Made by a program: the position numbers and the translations under genes. Under the pieces are notes generated by a model that worked only from the letters and a program-made list of their open reading frames with translations, was not told where the DNA came from and searched no databases. Positions 46,881 to 56,693 of a stretch of DNA of 64,000 nt are shown piece after piece. The stretch spans positions 13,091 through 77,090 of the IMG/VR virus record IMGVR_UViG_3300012956_000018. One strand, 5' to 3'. Each line of letters begins with the position of its first letter. The stretch's first letter is position 1. This stretch comes from a virus (taxonomy: Duplodnaviria > Caudoviricetes).

Positions 46881-48777
46881 TTATCTCACCTGCCTTAGGC
46901 ATTTTTGATTCTATTTCCTCATATTCCCAATTAACTAATTGAAATTTACTTCTAAAATACTTGATTAATTCAGAGTACGCTTCTGATAGAAATTCCTTAT
47001 CTTTAAGTGCATCTGCCCATCTATAGCTTTTGTTAGATATTAACTTGTCTTTTAATGAATACCATCCAGAGCCAGAATTAATTATATCCAATGCTCCGGC
47101 TATAGTAAGTAATTCTTCGTCAGGAGATAATTTACCACCTAGAGTATCATAAATAAATATATTTACTCCCGACACAGATGGCATAAATTTAGATTTATCT
47201 ACTCTAATAACAGAATTAGTGCCTTCTTTAAAATATTCATTCTGACCTATCTTTTTGCCGCCTGAAAAATAAATGCTATAATGGATATTATGATCTTTAG
47301 CGTACCCTCCAGTAGATCCTTCTCCTGAAGTATATCTACCTATTTCCATTCTGGCTTGATTAATAAGTATCAGACTAGTATTTTTATTATCCCACATTAA
47401 TCCTAATATTTTATTTAGATGCTGTCCTAATACTCTAGGTTTAGCCATCATTCCTGCTGCAAATTCAATAGCTTGTCTATCTTTACTTATAGCATCTTGC
47501 ATGGCATTCCACTCTGCTTGTACTCCTGATGCAGTAATAGAATCCCATATTCCTAAGATATATACATCTTTATCTTTAAAAGATGACACATACTTAGAAA
47601 ATACTGAAAATGCTTGCTCTACAGTAATAGCAGGTCCTATAGCTACTCTTGAATCACCATTCTCTATTACTTCAGATTTAGTATCTGTACCATATCTAAT
47701 TCCTGGGGATATATTGAAGACTCGTCTTAGCCTAAGATCATCAGCTGATTTTTCAGCATCTAAGATAATAAGACGAGCTTTATTTCCATAATCTTCTAAA
47801 AACATTTCTGCCGTCTGATATGCCGTAGTAGATTTTCCTGAATTATGAACAAATACTCCGGTATTATTTCCTAAATCAATGCAGAAATTATTATAGTTTT
47901 CAACAGATATATCATAAACATATTCTTCAATATCCAAATATTCTATATTAATAATTTTGTGGTTATTGCCTTTTCTAGGAGGATTATCTGAAGTATTTCT
48001 TTTTATACATAATTGTCTAGATTTTCCTTTCCAAGCCAGTCCTTCTTCAGTATTTTTCCATATTCTATGCCCTTCCCACATTCCTTTCTTTGAAATATTC
48101 TCTATACCATGCAATTTTGCATGTTCAGATTTATTAGTAATTAGTAGATTTAGTGGTCTATTATCATTATGATTATTATTTGTATGATGTATCTCAATAT
48201 TCTTAGGTAAGAATTTTCTTTCCTCTCTTGATAAATAATGAAATGCTACCATATATGGTACAGAATCATAATCTTCTCTACTTGAGCCATAGGATGTAGC
48301 TTGAATTTCTTCAGAATCTCTGTATTTTGAATACATAGCCATTAAGCTATCTCCAATTTTAAGATTCTTAGCTTCCACATAACTGCCATCAAACATCATC
48401 CATTTGTGGTCATCAGTACATATTACTGGTTGGCTGGCTTTCTGATTGTAGATAGATTTACCATATCTACGTTTACCATTATCTAAAGTAATTTTAATCA
48501 ATTTATTACTTAATTTCTTATTAGCAAATCTAGCTTTACCTGGTACTATCTGATTTCTTGCAAGATCATAAGAATACACCCAGAATTCTTCTGATCCTTC
48601 AAGTTCCTTAATTAACTTAGATGTACCATCTAAGCACTTAATTAGAGTATCGCCATGCAAACATTTAGGTCCTCCCCACAACTCAATCATTGTACCCCAA
48701 TTAAATCCTCCTGCTCCTACAGCATTGATAGTATTAATAGGAGTTCTTATTTTATGATAATGAATACCGTTAATCAT
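46873..48777 (-). CDS. recA: RecA/UvsX-like recombinase containing an intein
   Basis: GTMIELWGGPK-[intein]-SGKSTTA, LDAEKS, WDSI, LINQAR, GGYAKDH and VDKSKF. Confidence 0.9.
   Translation of the reverse strand: MINGIHYHKIRTPINTINAVGAGGFNWGTMIELWGGPKCLHGDTLIKCLDGTSKLIKELEGSEEFWVYSYDLARNQIVPGKARFANKKLSNKLIKITLDNGKRRYGKSIYNQKASQPVICTDDHKWMMFDGSYVEAKNLKIGDSLMAMYSKYRDSEEIQATSYGSSREDYDSVPYMVAFHYLSREERKFLPKNIEIHHTNNNHNDNRPLNLLITNKSEHAKLHGIENISKKGMWEGHRIWKNTEEGLAWKGKSRQLCIKRNTSDNPPRKGNNHKIINIEYLDIEEYVYDISVENYNNFCIDLGNNTGVFVHNSGKSTTAYQTAEMFLEDYGNKARLIILDAEKSADDLRLRRVFNISPGIRYGTDTKSEVIENGDSRVAIGPAITVEQAFSVFSKYVSSFKDKDVYILGIWDSITASGVQAEWNAMQDAISKDRQAIEFAAGMMAKPRVLGQHLNKILGLMWDNKNTSLILINQARMEIGRYTSGEGSTGGYAKDHNIHYSIYFSGGKKIGQNEYFKEGTNSVIRVDKSKFMPSVSGVNIFIYDTLGGKLSPDEELLTIAGALDIINSGSGWYSLKDKLISNKSYRWADALKDKEFLSEAYSELIKYFRSKFQLVNWEYEEIESKMPKAGEISE
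47842..48663 (-). mobile_element. Intein (274 aa) with HNH endonuclease in the RecA P-loop
   Basis: Begins CLHGDTLI, CTDDHKW, HNH EIHHTNNNHNDNRPLNL, ends GVFVHN followed by Ser+1. Confidence 0.93.
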
Positions 48778-48959
48778 AGTTTAATATCTTTAGATAGGAG
48801 TTCAACTCCGATTAGAGTTGACGAACAATACGGATTATTATCTTTTAATATATCAGATATAATTTCATCTTCAATATCATGAGTTTCGAAAGAAGTTCCT
48901 GTTACTATTCCTTCTGGACACGTATATACTTTCTTAAATATCAGTCTAACATTACTCAT
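48774..48959 (-). CDS. Hypothetical protein
   Basis: 61-aa ORF with ATGA overlaps. Confidence 0.55.
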   Translation of the reverse strand: MSNVRLIFKKVYTCPEGIVTGTSFETHDIEDEIISDILKDNNPYCSSTLIGVELLSKDIKL

Positions 48960-49984
48960 ACTGATACTTTAGCCTTAGCACAATCTGATCTGTTCTTGCA
49001 CATCAGACAAGTAGGGTTCATGGCTGGTGGGGGAGATCCAAAGTGAAATTCACCTGGTGAATACCCGTATCCTGCTATCTTCTTAATAATACCAGAGCAC
49101 TTCTCTTCAGTAGATCCAGTAGCTGCTTGAGTTACAGAGGGGCTGGCTTGCATAGCTACCGATGCTGTCTCTTTGGTATTAACCGAAGAAGTTTCAGGGC
49201 CACTTAGAGCATTAGCTGCACTTGTATTGGATTCAGGATCTTCATTTTGATGCTTATTAGCAATGATCTGAGATATATGCTTCTTTAATATCTGCAAATC
49301 TTCATCAGTAATAAATTTATCTTTTTTGAGATATACATCATCTAGATTAGATGGCATATCCTTAGGAATCTCTGGCAGAGCATATTTCTTATGATGAAAT
49401 CCAATACTACATTTACGACCATTTTCATAATAAGAGTGTAATTTAATACCTAATTGCTCACCAGAGCTACTGAATAATTCTGCTGCATCGTTAGGAGACA
49501 TATCTGCTAGCAGATCATCAAATGCCACCATCTGACGATAATTCAGAACTAATACCATAGTAGTATTAGTTTTTACATACTCATCTGCTGGCCCTTCATA
49601 TATATGTGCTTTAATAAGAGCTTCTTGCTTAGATCCATATTTATATGCATCTTTATAATTTATATCGTATAATCTTGAAGCTTCTTTACATACTCTACAA
49701 TTATCTCCTTCACATGATACATATACATATCTATCTTTATTGTTATCATCTTTCAATTTAAGTCTATGAGAAAAGAATTTACGCATTAATCTAATGCGCT
49801 TTTTGCCATCTGCAGACTCATAAGATTCTGGGAAGAATCTGGCTACAAATGTACCATCTGACAAATAGGCGATAGGGAATTTATCATCCTTATCACCTCT
49901 TTCTAATCTCTCTTGCCTGGAATTAATAGAATCGCTGATCAATCCAGCATATGCTTCTACAATTTCATTTTGATCTGTTGACAT
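48956..49984 (-). CDS. Single-stranded DNA-binding protein (gp32-like)
   Basis: FVARFFP, H...YVSCEGDNCRVC Zn site; adjacent to recA. Confidence 0.7.
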   Translation of the reverse strand: MSTDQNEIVEAYAGLISDSINSRQERLERGDKDDKFPIAYLSDGTFVARFFPESYESADGKKRIRLMRKFFSHRLKLKDDNNKDRYVYVSCEGDNCRVCKEASRLYDINYKDAYKYGSKQEALIKAHIYEGPADEYVKTNTTMVLVLNYRQMVAFDDLLADMSPNDAAELFSSSGEQLGIKLHSYYENGRKCSIGFHHKKYALPEIPKDMPSNLDDVYLKKDKFITDEDLQILKKHISQIIANKHQNEDPESNTSAANALSGPETSSVNTKETASVAMQASPSVTQAATGSTEEKCSGIIKKIAGYGYSPGEFHFGSPPPAMNPTCLMCKNRSDCAKAKVSV

Positions 49985-50001
49985 ATAATCCTCAAAATTA
50001 A

Positions 50002-51072
50002 TTAAACCGGGCCAAACTCAAACGGTTGACTAACAATATTCACTCTTATGTCTTTAGTTATCTCTGAATTTAATAATTTTAAATAGCTATCTGTTGACTT
50101 GCCTAAGTATTCTTTATTATTTATTGTTGCTTGATATCCATTTCTAGGCCTACCTGTTCCTATTAGATTCTTAGTCTTAAAATATTTATAGAATTCACAC
50201 AATGAATGCTCAATACATCTCTTAGTAAGATAAGGTAATTGAAGATATTGAAATGTAATGTAAGGAAATCCTATAGTATTTTTATTATAATAATCAAATT
50301 GATGTTCAAATAAATGATTTAATATATTTATATACTTATCATAAGTATTACTTGATGGTCCTGGGCTGATGATATCTAGTGCATATGAGCATCCTGGTCC
50401 TATATTTACAAAACTATCCTCATCGAATTGTTTTAATATACTTGTATATATTAAATCACAGAATATTTCGTATGCTACAAAATCTCCAATACCTGGAGCG
50501 CACCCCTTAATTATATCAAACGCCTCCTTACCAGTATTAGTATTACGTAATTTATTTACGTAAGATTCTCTATTCTTGTGAGTCTCCAAAAATCCTTTCA
50601 TAAATCTGTTAGATTTACTATCTTTAGCATAGTATGGTATTCCTGGGTAGTCGTCCACCTTCCAAGATTTAATGCTATTGACCATATGCGCATTAGTGAA
50701 TAATCCCATTTTCTGCTCTTGATCGTATAACAGATGCTGGAGATAGTCTATTACTTCTGGTGTATTGTTGTCATTTAGAATATTAAATGCTGGCTTTATA
50801 GATTCTAGAGTTTCTATTTTATTATAGAATCTGTGAAATACTATTAATAAGAATTTTGTATTATCATCTTGTATCTTGGATAGTATTTCATTGTGAAGAT
50901 ATAAAGATCCTCTATCTAACATTCTATATACATTTGTGAATTTAAAATTCAGAAATATATCATCATTAGTCCAGGGAGGATTTTGTTTAAGTATATATCT
51001 CTTATACCATATTAGATGCCGATCATATATAAATTGCCAAAATTCATCTGCCCTCTGTTCATTCAGCATCAT
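50002..51072 (-). CDS. 5-hmdU DNA kinase-like (aGPT-Pplase family) helical protein
   Basis: FW.FIYDRHLIWYKR....PPWT.D.IF..FKFTNVYR.LDRG, GIGDFVAYEI.CDL, GPG and IEHSLCEF.KY. Confidence 0.82.
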   Translation of the reverse strand: MMLNEQRADEFWQFIYDRHLIWYKRYILKQNPPWTNDDIFLNFKFTNVYRMLDRGSLYLHNEILSKIQDDNTKFLLIVFHRFYNKIETLESIKPAFNILNDNNTPEVIDYLQHLLYDQEQKMGLFTNAHMVNSIKSWKVDDYPGIPYYAKDSKSNRFMKGFLETHKNRESYVNKLRNTNTGKEAFDIIKGCAPGIGDFVAYEIFCDLIYTSILKQFDEDSFVNIGPGCSYALDIISPGPSSNTYDKYINILNHLFEHQFDYYNKNTIGFPYITFQYLQLPYLTKRCIEHSLCEFYKYFKTKNLIGTGRPRNGYQATINNKEYLGKSTDSYLKLLNSEITKDIRVNIVSQPFEFGPV

Positions 51073-52117
51073 TTACCAATCCTTGTAAATTCATTATCAA
51101 AGATTCTGGATATTCGAATGTATTTAACAAGTTTTTCATATTATTATTGAAGTGATCGTCTTTAGTTTTAGTAAGTATCCAACCGAACGTAGAATTCAAT
51201 TTAGGCCTTATTTTAATATTATCATTAAATGAAGATATTTTCTTACTAAGATCTTTGTCGTATGAATATGGAAATTGATCTTTATTATTAACAATATCTG
51301 CTATTTCATAAATAACATTTAAATCATCTAATAAAACATGTAATGGTGAATGTTCGAAGCTAGGCTCAGTTGGATTATCAGATCTAGCAAGTTTATAATT
51401 GCAATTTCTGATCTTCTGAGCTCTGTCAAAATGTCTATCATAAATATGAAGACTTGTTCTATGTGTTACTAGTGAGCCTATCTTCATTCCTAAAGATCCT
51501 GCCATTATATCAAGTAACATAGACCATTCAAATTGATTTATCATGTCTCCCCATATAAGATCATTACTTCTGATACTTACATGAAGATATAAATATCCAT
51601 TCCTATGAATAAAGTGCAGCCAATTATTACATGGGATATCTTTTGTTTTCCCCATAGCATTTACGTCTTTTACTGGGTCCCATATAGTTATAACTGCTTG
51701 CCTTGTATTAGGATCTTTTGATAATGTGTTATATATAAACTGTAACTGATCTATACTATGCACCACACCAGATTCTTCGCACCCTGTAGCATGTCTAAGC
51801 CGCCCACCATACCCAGCTCTCCAATTAAGGCCATTATCACTGAAATCACTAGCTCTAGGTAAGTAGTGAGATAGCCATCCAATATCTCTTTTCCCTACCA
51901 ATACCCATAATGTCTCAGCAAGCAGCGCATATATATTATGTTTTCTTTCGAAATTTAAAGAATATCTATGCTTTGGATAATTTATTATTGATGTGGTAAA
52001 TAATAATTCTTTAGTATTACCAATAATATTACCATCTTCTAAGACACATTCACATGCTAGTGATAGCCACTCATCATATGTATTTTCATGAATAGCGGTA
52101 GAATTACTTATTTCCAT
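51059..52117 (-). CDS. Thymidylate synthase homologue, probably dUMP hydroxymethylase
   Basis: GYGGRL, DPNTRQAV..IWDP, DIPCNN (catalytic Cys), RSNDLIWGDMIN with Asn at the position equivalent to E. coli ThyA N177. Confidence 0.82.
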   Translation of the reverse strand: MEISNSTAIHENTYDEWLSLACECVLEDGNIIGNTKELLFTTSIINYPKHRYSLNFERKHNIYALLAETLWVLVGKRDIGWLSHYLPRASDFSDNGLNWRAGYGGRLRHATGCEESGVVHSIDQLQFIYNTLSKDPNTRQAVITIWDPVKDVNAMGKTKDIPCNNWLHFIHRNGYLYLHVSIRSNDLIWGDMINQFEWSMLLDIMAGSLGMKIGSLVTHRTSLHIYDRHFDRAQKIRNCNYKLARSDNPTEPSFEHSPLHVLLDDLNVIYEIADIVNNKDQFPYSYDKDLSKKISSFNDNIKIRPKLNSTFGWILTKTKDDHFNNNMKNLLNTFEYPESLIMNLQGLVNDAE

Positions 52118-52713
52118 AACTGCCTATCTAATAATGTGTAGTATAATCTATTTACTCTTTCTTCTATACTAGGTACTTTAATATTAAGACTGTCTTTAGG
52201 AGTATAGTATCTATATGAATCTGTATATTTATCTAATAAGCTATCTAGAATATATTGATATCCCATATGCCAAGAATCATTTAATACTCGTTTACCATTG
52301 TCTAGTCTCATCAACTCTGATGAGTAGTCATATTTTACTACAAAATCTACTGAACATAAATTAGCTATTGATATATCAAATAATTCTTTATTTAATTCAA
52401 CATCATGATTCCATGCTGAACATTGTATTATATAGTATACATATGAATCAATACTCAATCTGTCAGTAACCCATGGTCCAGGAGTTTCACTCATGATGGT
52501 AAATCTATCTTTAATCAAGGATTCATGAAATTTTATTCCTTCTCTAGGATAGTTTACACAATACCTTAATATATCATAGTGATTATATAGACTGTGTTCT
52601 TTCATATACCTAGAAGTAGGTATTTCTAAGTAGTTTATACCAAACTTGTCAGCAAATGCCTTAGCTACAGAGGTCTTCCCTGATGCAGCTGGCCCTGTAA
52701 TACCTATCTTCAT
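52108..52713 (-). CDS. P-loop nucleotide monophosphate kinase
   Basis: ITGPAASGKTS, VTDRLSIDSYVY and RLDNGKR. Confidence 0.8.
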   Translation of the reverse strand: MKIGITGPAASGKTSVAKAFADKFGINYLEIPTSRYMKEHSLYNHYDILRYCVNYPREGIKFHESLIKDRFTIMSETPGPWVTDRLSIDSYVYYIIQCSAWNHDVELNKELFDISIANLCSVDFVVKYDYSSELMRLDNGKRVLNDSWHMGYQYILDSLLDKYTDSYRYYTPKDSLNIKVPSIEERVNRLYYTLLDRQLWK

Positions 52714-53297
52714 GATATACCAACCTCATCTAGCATAGATTGATGAATACATCTTGCTTTATGTTTAAATTCAGTATCTTGTAACTTTGAAAATGCAGTA
52801 ATTGCCATATTAGTGGCAGCAGATATCAAATCTGCATCTCTATTACCTAGTGCATACTCATTACAAACATCATATGTCCAATCAAGAATATCCGCTAATT
52901 TCACTATTTCCTTTATATGAGTAAATGCAGTATCCTTCAATTTTGATGCTATAGGATATTCTTTAGATAAGTAATATTTACCGACACTATCTACAATCTT
53001 CTTTAAATCTGGGTTTGGATGTCGTTTAACATCATGTCTTATATCCCCAGTAAATACTTCTTCTAAGTCATGAACTGATGCATATAGCAAAATGAGTTTT
53101 ACTAAGCTATCATATTCGTGATCTAATAATTTGTCTTCTAGTAATAGCAGACACCAATGAATTACTCTAAAATGATGTTCAGCCACATTAGGTTTGTCAT
53201 GAAGAAAATGGCCGGACCATCTAGATATATATCTAGATTTATTTACTGTATTTATAGATAATAATTCTATATTATCTTTAGATTCTTGTGAGCTCAT
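52710..53297 (-). CDS. HD-domain 5'-deoxynucleotidase (YfbR-like)
   Basis: RW...NVAEHHF, HDLEEVFTGDI and VKLADILD. Confidence 0.88.
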   Translation of the reverse strand: MSSQESKDNIELLSINTVNKSRYISRWSGHFLHDKPNVAEHHFRVIHWCLLLLEDKLLDHEYDSLVKLILLYASVHDLEEVFTGDIRHDVKRHPNPDLKKIVDSVGKYYLSKEYPIASKLKDTAFTHIKEIVKLADILDWTYDVCNEYALGNRDADLISAATNMAITAFSKLQDTEFKHKARCIHQSMLDEVGIS

Positions 53298-54420
53298 TTA
53301 ACACTTGTCTACCAATATTGTGAAATTCATGATCTAGTAGAATATTATTCGCTTCTTGTCTAATTTCTTCTAAATTATTATCACTACTTAACAAGATATC
53401 TGCTACTTCCTTGCCCGATCCGGCCACTAAGCAATTGACTCCATGTCTCATCAATCCAGAATCAGTACGTATCCAATCTTTATTTAAAACACATATCGAT
53501 CCAGCATCAAATGCTTCTAAGAATGTATACTGAGTTCCATCCCCATCATTTTTTATGGTACTCATATCCACCATAAACCTAGCAGTATTACACATCTCAG
53601 CACCAGCTCCAAATTCTAATGGAAATCCTCTCATTCCTTGTTTCCATTCTAAATATGCTCTAGGAGCTAGGAATTTATAGTGAGAATATAGTCTATTGTT
53701 TTCTGATCCTACTATACTAATAATTTTATTAATAGGTACAGAGCTCATTTTCTCTACTAATTTTTCGTGTTCTATACAGAATTGTTCATACTGAGTATCC
53801 GATGGAGGCAGTTTAGTATGCTTTGTATCACTAAATTCCTCACAGACATCCTCATAGCTCTTATTCCAATATTTAGCTGCTAGATATCTATTGGCATCTA
53901 ATACCATATGGATATTTTTATCGTAATCTATTCTAGATGTACATACTGCTAGAGCTGGTCTTTCTAATTTTGATAAACTTTGTTCTGATGAATATTTCCT
54001 AACATATGGATGCTTGATAAAAATGCTGCCTGGAATTAGATTTCTGACCCTTTCTCTGATAACTATAGGCGATTTGATGCTCTTTATATCATATTTTGCA
54101 TGTTTTAGTTCATTTGGATCATGAATTACTATTCTAGCATTATATGTATTAATAAGCAATGCCACATCATCAGCACAGTGCTTATCACTGGCTACAATAA
54201 GATTAATACTATCCTTACACTGATCTGGCAAATCAACATTCTTGATGTAAGACATAGGCAGACCATATTGAAAGCTCTTATTTCTATTAGTCCTACCCAT
54301 ACCAGCTTTAAGTATCTCTACTTCGCATCCAGTAGATTTTAGAGCATGATATAAATGAGCTGTATATACTGCCCATCCACCTGTGTTCTTACCACATTCG
54401 TAGAATAAATTTATCTTCAT
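53278..54420 (-). CDS. Divergent GT-B glycosyltransferase-like protein
   Basis: GGWAVYTAHL, IHDPNE, SRIDYDKN, GTQYTFLEAFDAG (E-x7-E-like region) and HGVNC. Confidence 0.75.
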   Translation of the reverse strand: MKINLFYECGKNTGGWAVYTAHLYHALKSTGCEVEILKAGMGRTNRNKSFQYGLPMSYIKNVDLPDQCKDSINLIVASDKHCADDVALLINTYNARIVIHDPNELKHAKYDIKSIKSPIVIRERVRNLIPGSIFIKHPYVRKYSSEQSLSKLERPALAVCTSRIDYDKNIHMVLDANRYLAAKYWNKSYEDVCEEFSDTKHTKLPPSDTQYEQFCIEHEKLVEKMSSVPINKIISIVGSENNRLYSHYKFLAPRAYLEWKQGMRGFPLEFGAGAEMCNTARFMVDMSTIKNDGDGTQYTFLEAFDAGSICVLNKDWIRTDSGLMRHGVNCLVAGSGKEVADILLSSDNNLEEIRQEANNILLDHEFHNIGRQVLNELTRI

Positions 54421-55538
54421 TTAATATACTCTAATAAATTTTCAATATACTTTTTACTAGTATAAGTAGATTGAAAATGTTGGTGTATAAATTGTCTATC
54501 TAAAGACCTAGCTCTTTTACATGCAGTGCGATATGCATCTATAGCCGAATTATATCTCTTGCGGTAAGTATATGCCGAATAGCCAGTTTTGTCTTCAATA
54601 ATAAATTCCTGAGCCCCGTGTGGAGTATTAGATATCAGAGTTATGGCTGGTATTCCTAATTTCTGTGATTCAAATAGTGATAAAGGATATGATTCATCAT
54701 TATTAGCATTTAAGCATGCTATGCTACTTGTCATGATAGAATAGAGATCAGGAGGATACATAGGTCCTATATAATGAATATTATTTTTAGTATATTGACT
54801 ATCAGTAGTATTGGAAAGCCACGGCTTAATTTTAGCGTCGTACCATGAATCTTCACTTCCAGTATTTTGCTGTTTATTGCCTATAATAATTAATTCTTCA
54901 TCCCAATCTTTAAACACATCAACAAGAAAATCCACATGCTTATCTGGGGCTATTCTGCCTACATAAACATAGTATGAAGGTGTATTTAATAGTTGAAAAT
55001 CCCCAACACTTATATAATTAGGACTCAAGACTCCGGAAATAGCGTCTGGCAATACTGCATTGATACTATTTTTGCAGAATTCTGATACTGCTAGCACATG
55101 ATAGTTATTCCTACTTCTAGCAATATCTAGAAGTGATTTTTGATAATCATACGAATTCCTAAAATATAAAATAACATGAGTCATTTTGATAATAGAGCAA
55201 TTGAATGAACTTGCTATTTTCTTATTTAAAGGTAAATTAGTAAAATTATCAATAACTAAATCAAATTTATGAGATTTACTCAAATGTTCGATAGCAGATT
55301 GAGTCTCGCCAGTAGAATATCTACTGCCTAAATTGTTCTTTACTATGTATTCTTTACTAAAATCACCATGTATTACAGTATCGCCTATTATCTCTGAATC
55401 CTTACTACACAATAAAAATACTGAATGCCCTTCAGATGTTAGTAATTTATACATATCTGAAGCATATTTTTCTATACCACCTACTGCCCCACTATTAAGG
55501 AGTGGGAAATATACATTGCTAGTTACAAGAATTTTCAT
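54417..55538 (-). CDS. GT4-family glycosyltransferase
   Basis: GGIEKY, VSEFCK, YVGRIAPDKH and ESYPLSLFESQKLGIPAI. Confidence 0.88.
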   Translation of the reverse strand: MKILVTSNVYFPLLNSGAVGGIEKYASDMYKLLTSEGHSVFLLCSKDSEIIGDTVIHGDFSKEYIVKNNLGSRYSTGETQSAIEHLSKSHKFDLVIDNFTNLPLNKKIASSFNCSIIKMTHVILYFRNSYDYQKSLLDIARSRNNYHVLAVSEFCKNSINAVLPDAISGVLSPNYISVGDFQLLNTPSYYVYVGRIAPDKHVDFLVDVFKDWDEELIIIGNKQQNTGSEDSWYDAKIKPWLSNTTDSQYTKNNIHYIGPMYPPDLYSIMTSSIACLNANNDESYPLSLFESQKLGIPAITLISNTPHGAQEFIIEDKTGYSAYTYRKRYNSAIDAYRTACKRARSLDRQFIHQHFQSTYTSKKYIENLLEYIK

Positions 55539-55756
55539 AACTTATTACCTAAAATTCTCCATAGCTTATTACCATGTTCTTTTCTTCCTTCTATTTCTAT
55601 ATTATGCTTCTTTAGTAACTTATATAAATGAGATCTATTAATTTTAAGTTGCTTAGATACTGCCACTATTACCCATTTATTATGGTTACAGACTTCAATT
55701 AAATACTCTCTAGTCTGTTTATATATAAATTCTTTATAAGGAAGAAATTCAGACAT
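55535..55756 (-). CDS. Fis-like HTH protein
   Basis: REYLIEV...N.W.I..VSKQLKINRSHLYKLLKKH matches the Fis/NtrC HTH; likely start MSEFLP at 55756. Confidence 0.75.
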   Translation of the reverse strand: MSEFLPYKEFIYKQTREYLIEVCNHNKWVIVAVSKQLKINRSHLYKLLKKHNIEIEGRKEHGNKLWRILGNKL

Positions 55757-56621
55757 CTGACAAAATAGATATATAATTGTCAAATAATTTAAGAATATGC
55801 TCACTATCTAGTTGTTTTTGATTAGATTCTATACTAGGATGATACCTTATATTATTTACTTTTCCACCTATAGTTACTCCTACAGGTGGATTAATCATAT
55901 CATATTTAATATGATGTTTATTACATAGTGTTATTAGAAATGGAATAACTTCTATATCAGTTATTGGAGCAATATTATATGTTCCAAATATACTATTTTC
56001 TATAGATTTCACTATAGCAGTTAATATCCAATCTACTGGATAGAAAGATCGCATCATACCTGGTAGATTATGTATATGAAATATATCATTAAATACTTCA
56101 GCCCTAGCCATAGACCAAAATACATTAGGATATCCAGAAGTTAGTTTATTGATAATCTCTCTGTGATATTCATATGCCCCTACTGGATTAGCAAATCTAA
56201 GAATAGTATGATTATCAGTATATCTTTTAGTTATATATTCACCAACTAGTTTAGTATCTCCATAAACCATTTGAGGATTAATTTCCCCGTTATCATCATA
56301 TATAGCATAGGATGATGCATATATAACTGACTTAAATTCATTAGATTTCAGCAATTCATGATATTTTGAACAGTTATTATTATAATAATAGTGTGATATC
56401 TCTTCTCCTTCAGTAGTAGATGCTGCAGCTGCTAGATGAATAAGTACATCATATCTCTTATTTGTAATATTACAAATATCATCTTGTATTAAATCTACTC
56501 TAGGCTTTATTGTTGAATCAAAATCTACACAGGTAATGTTTATATCGCGTAAATAATTCTTTATATTATGATATACGACTCTGCCTATATATCCTTCAGA
56601 TCCAGTAATCATAATTTTCAT
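55749..56621 (-). CDS. NAD-dependent NDP-sugar epimerase/dehydratase (extended SDR)
   Basis: TGSEGYIG, VLIHLAA, YASS, YGDTK (YxxxK) and LRFANPVG. Confidence 0.9.
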   Translation of the reverse strand: MKIMITGSEGYIGRVVYHNIKNYLRDINITCVDFDSTIKPRVDLIQDDICNITNKRYDVLIHLAAAASTTEGEEISHYYYNNNCSKYHELLKSNEFKSVIYASSYAIYDDNGEINPQMVYGDTKLVGEYITKRYTDNHTILRFANPVGAYEYHREIINKLTSGYPNVFWSMARAEVFNDIFHIHNLPGMMRSFYPVDWILTAIVKSIENSIFGTYNIAPITDIEVIPFLITLCNKHHIKYDMINPPVGVTIGGKVNNIRYHPSIESNQKQLDSEHILKLFDNYISILSDV

Positions 56622-56654
56622 ACAAATCTCTTAAATCTTATAGCGTTGTAATAA

Positions 56655-56693
56655 TGGGCCTCGGGCCTTGCCCGGCCTTATGTTAAGAAGCGC
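56655..56693. repeat. 39-bp GC-rich direct repeat, copy 2
   Basis: Identical to 42243-42281; overlaps the stop codon of the GT at 56683. Confidence 0.95.

Noticed and set aside
52710-53297. HD protein as DatZ of a 2-aminoadenine (dZ) pathway
   Set aside because: No PurZ-like gene in the window; the neighbours point to pyrimidine modification.
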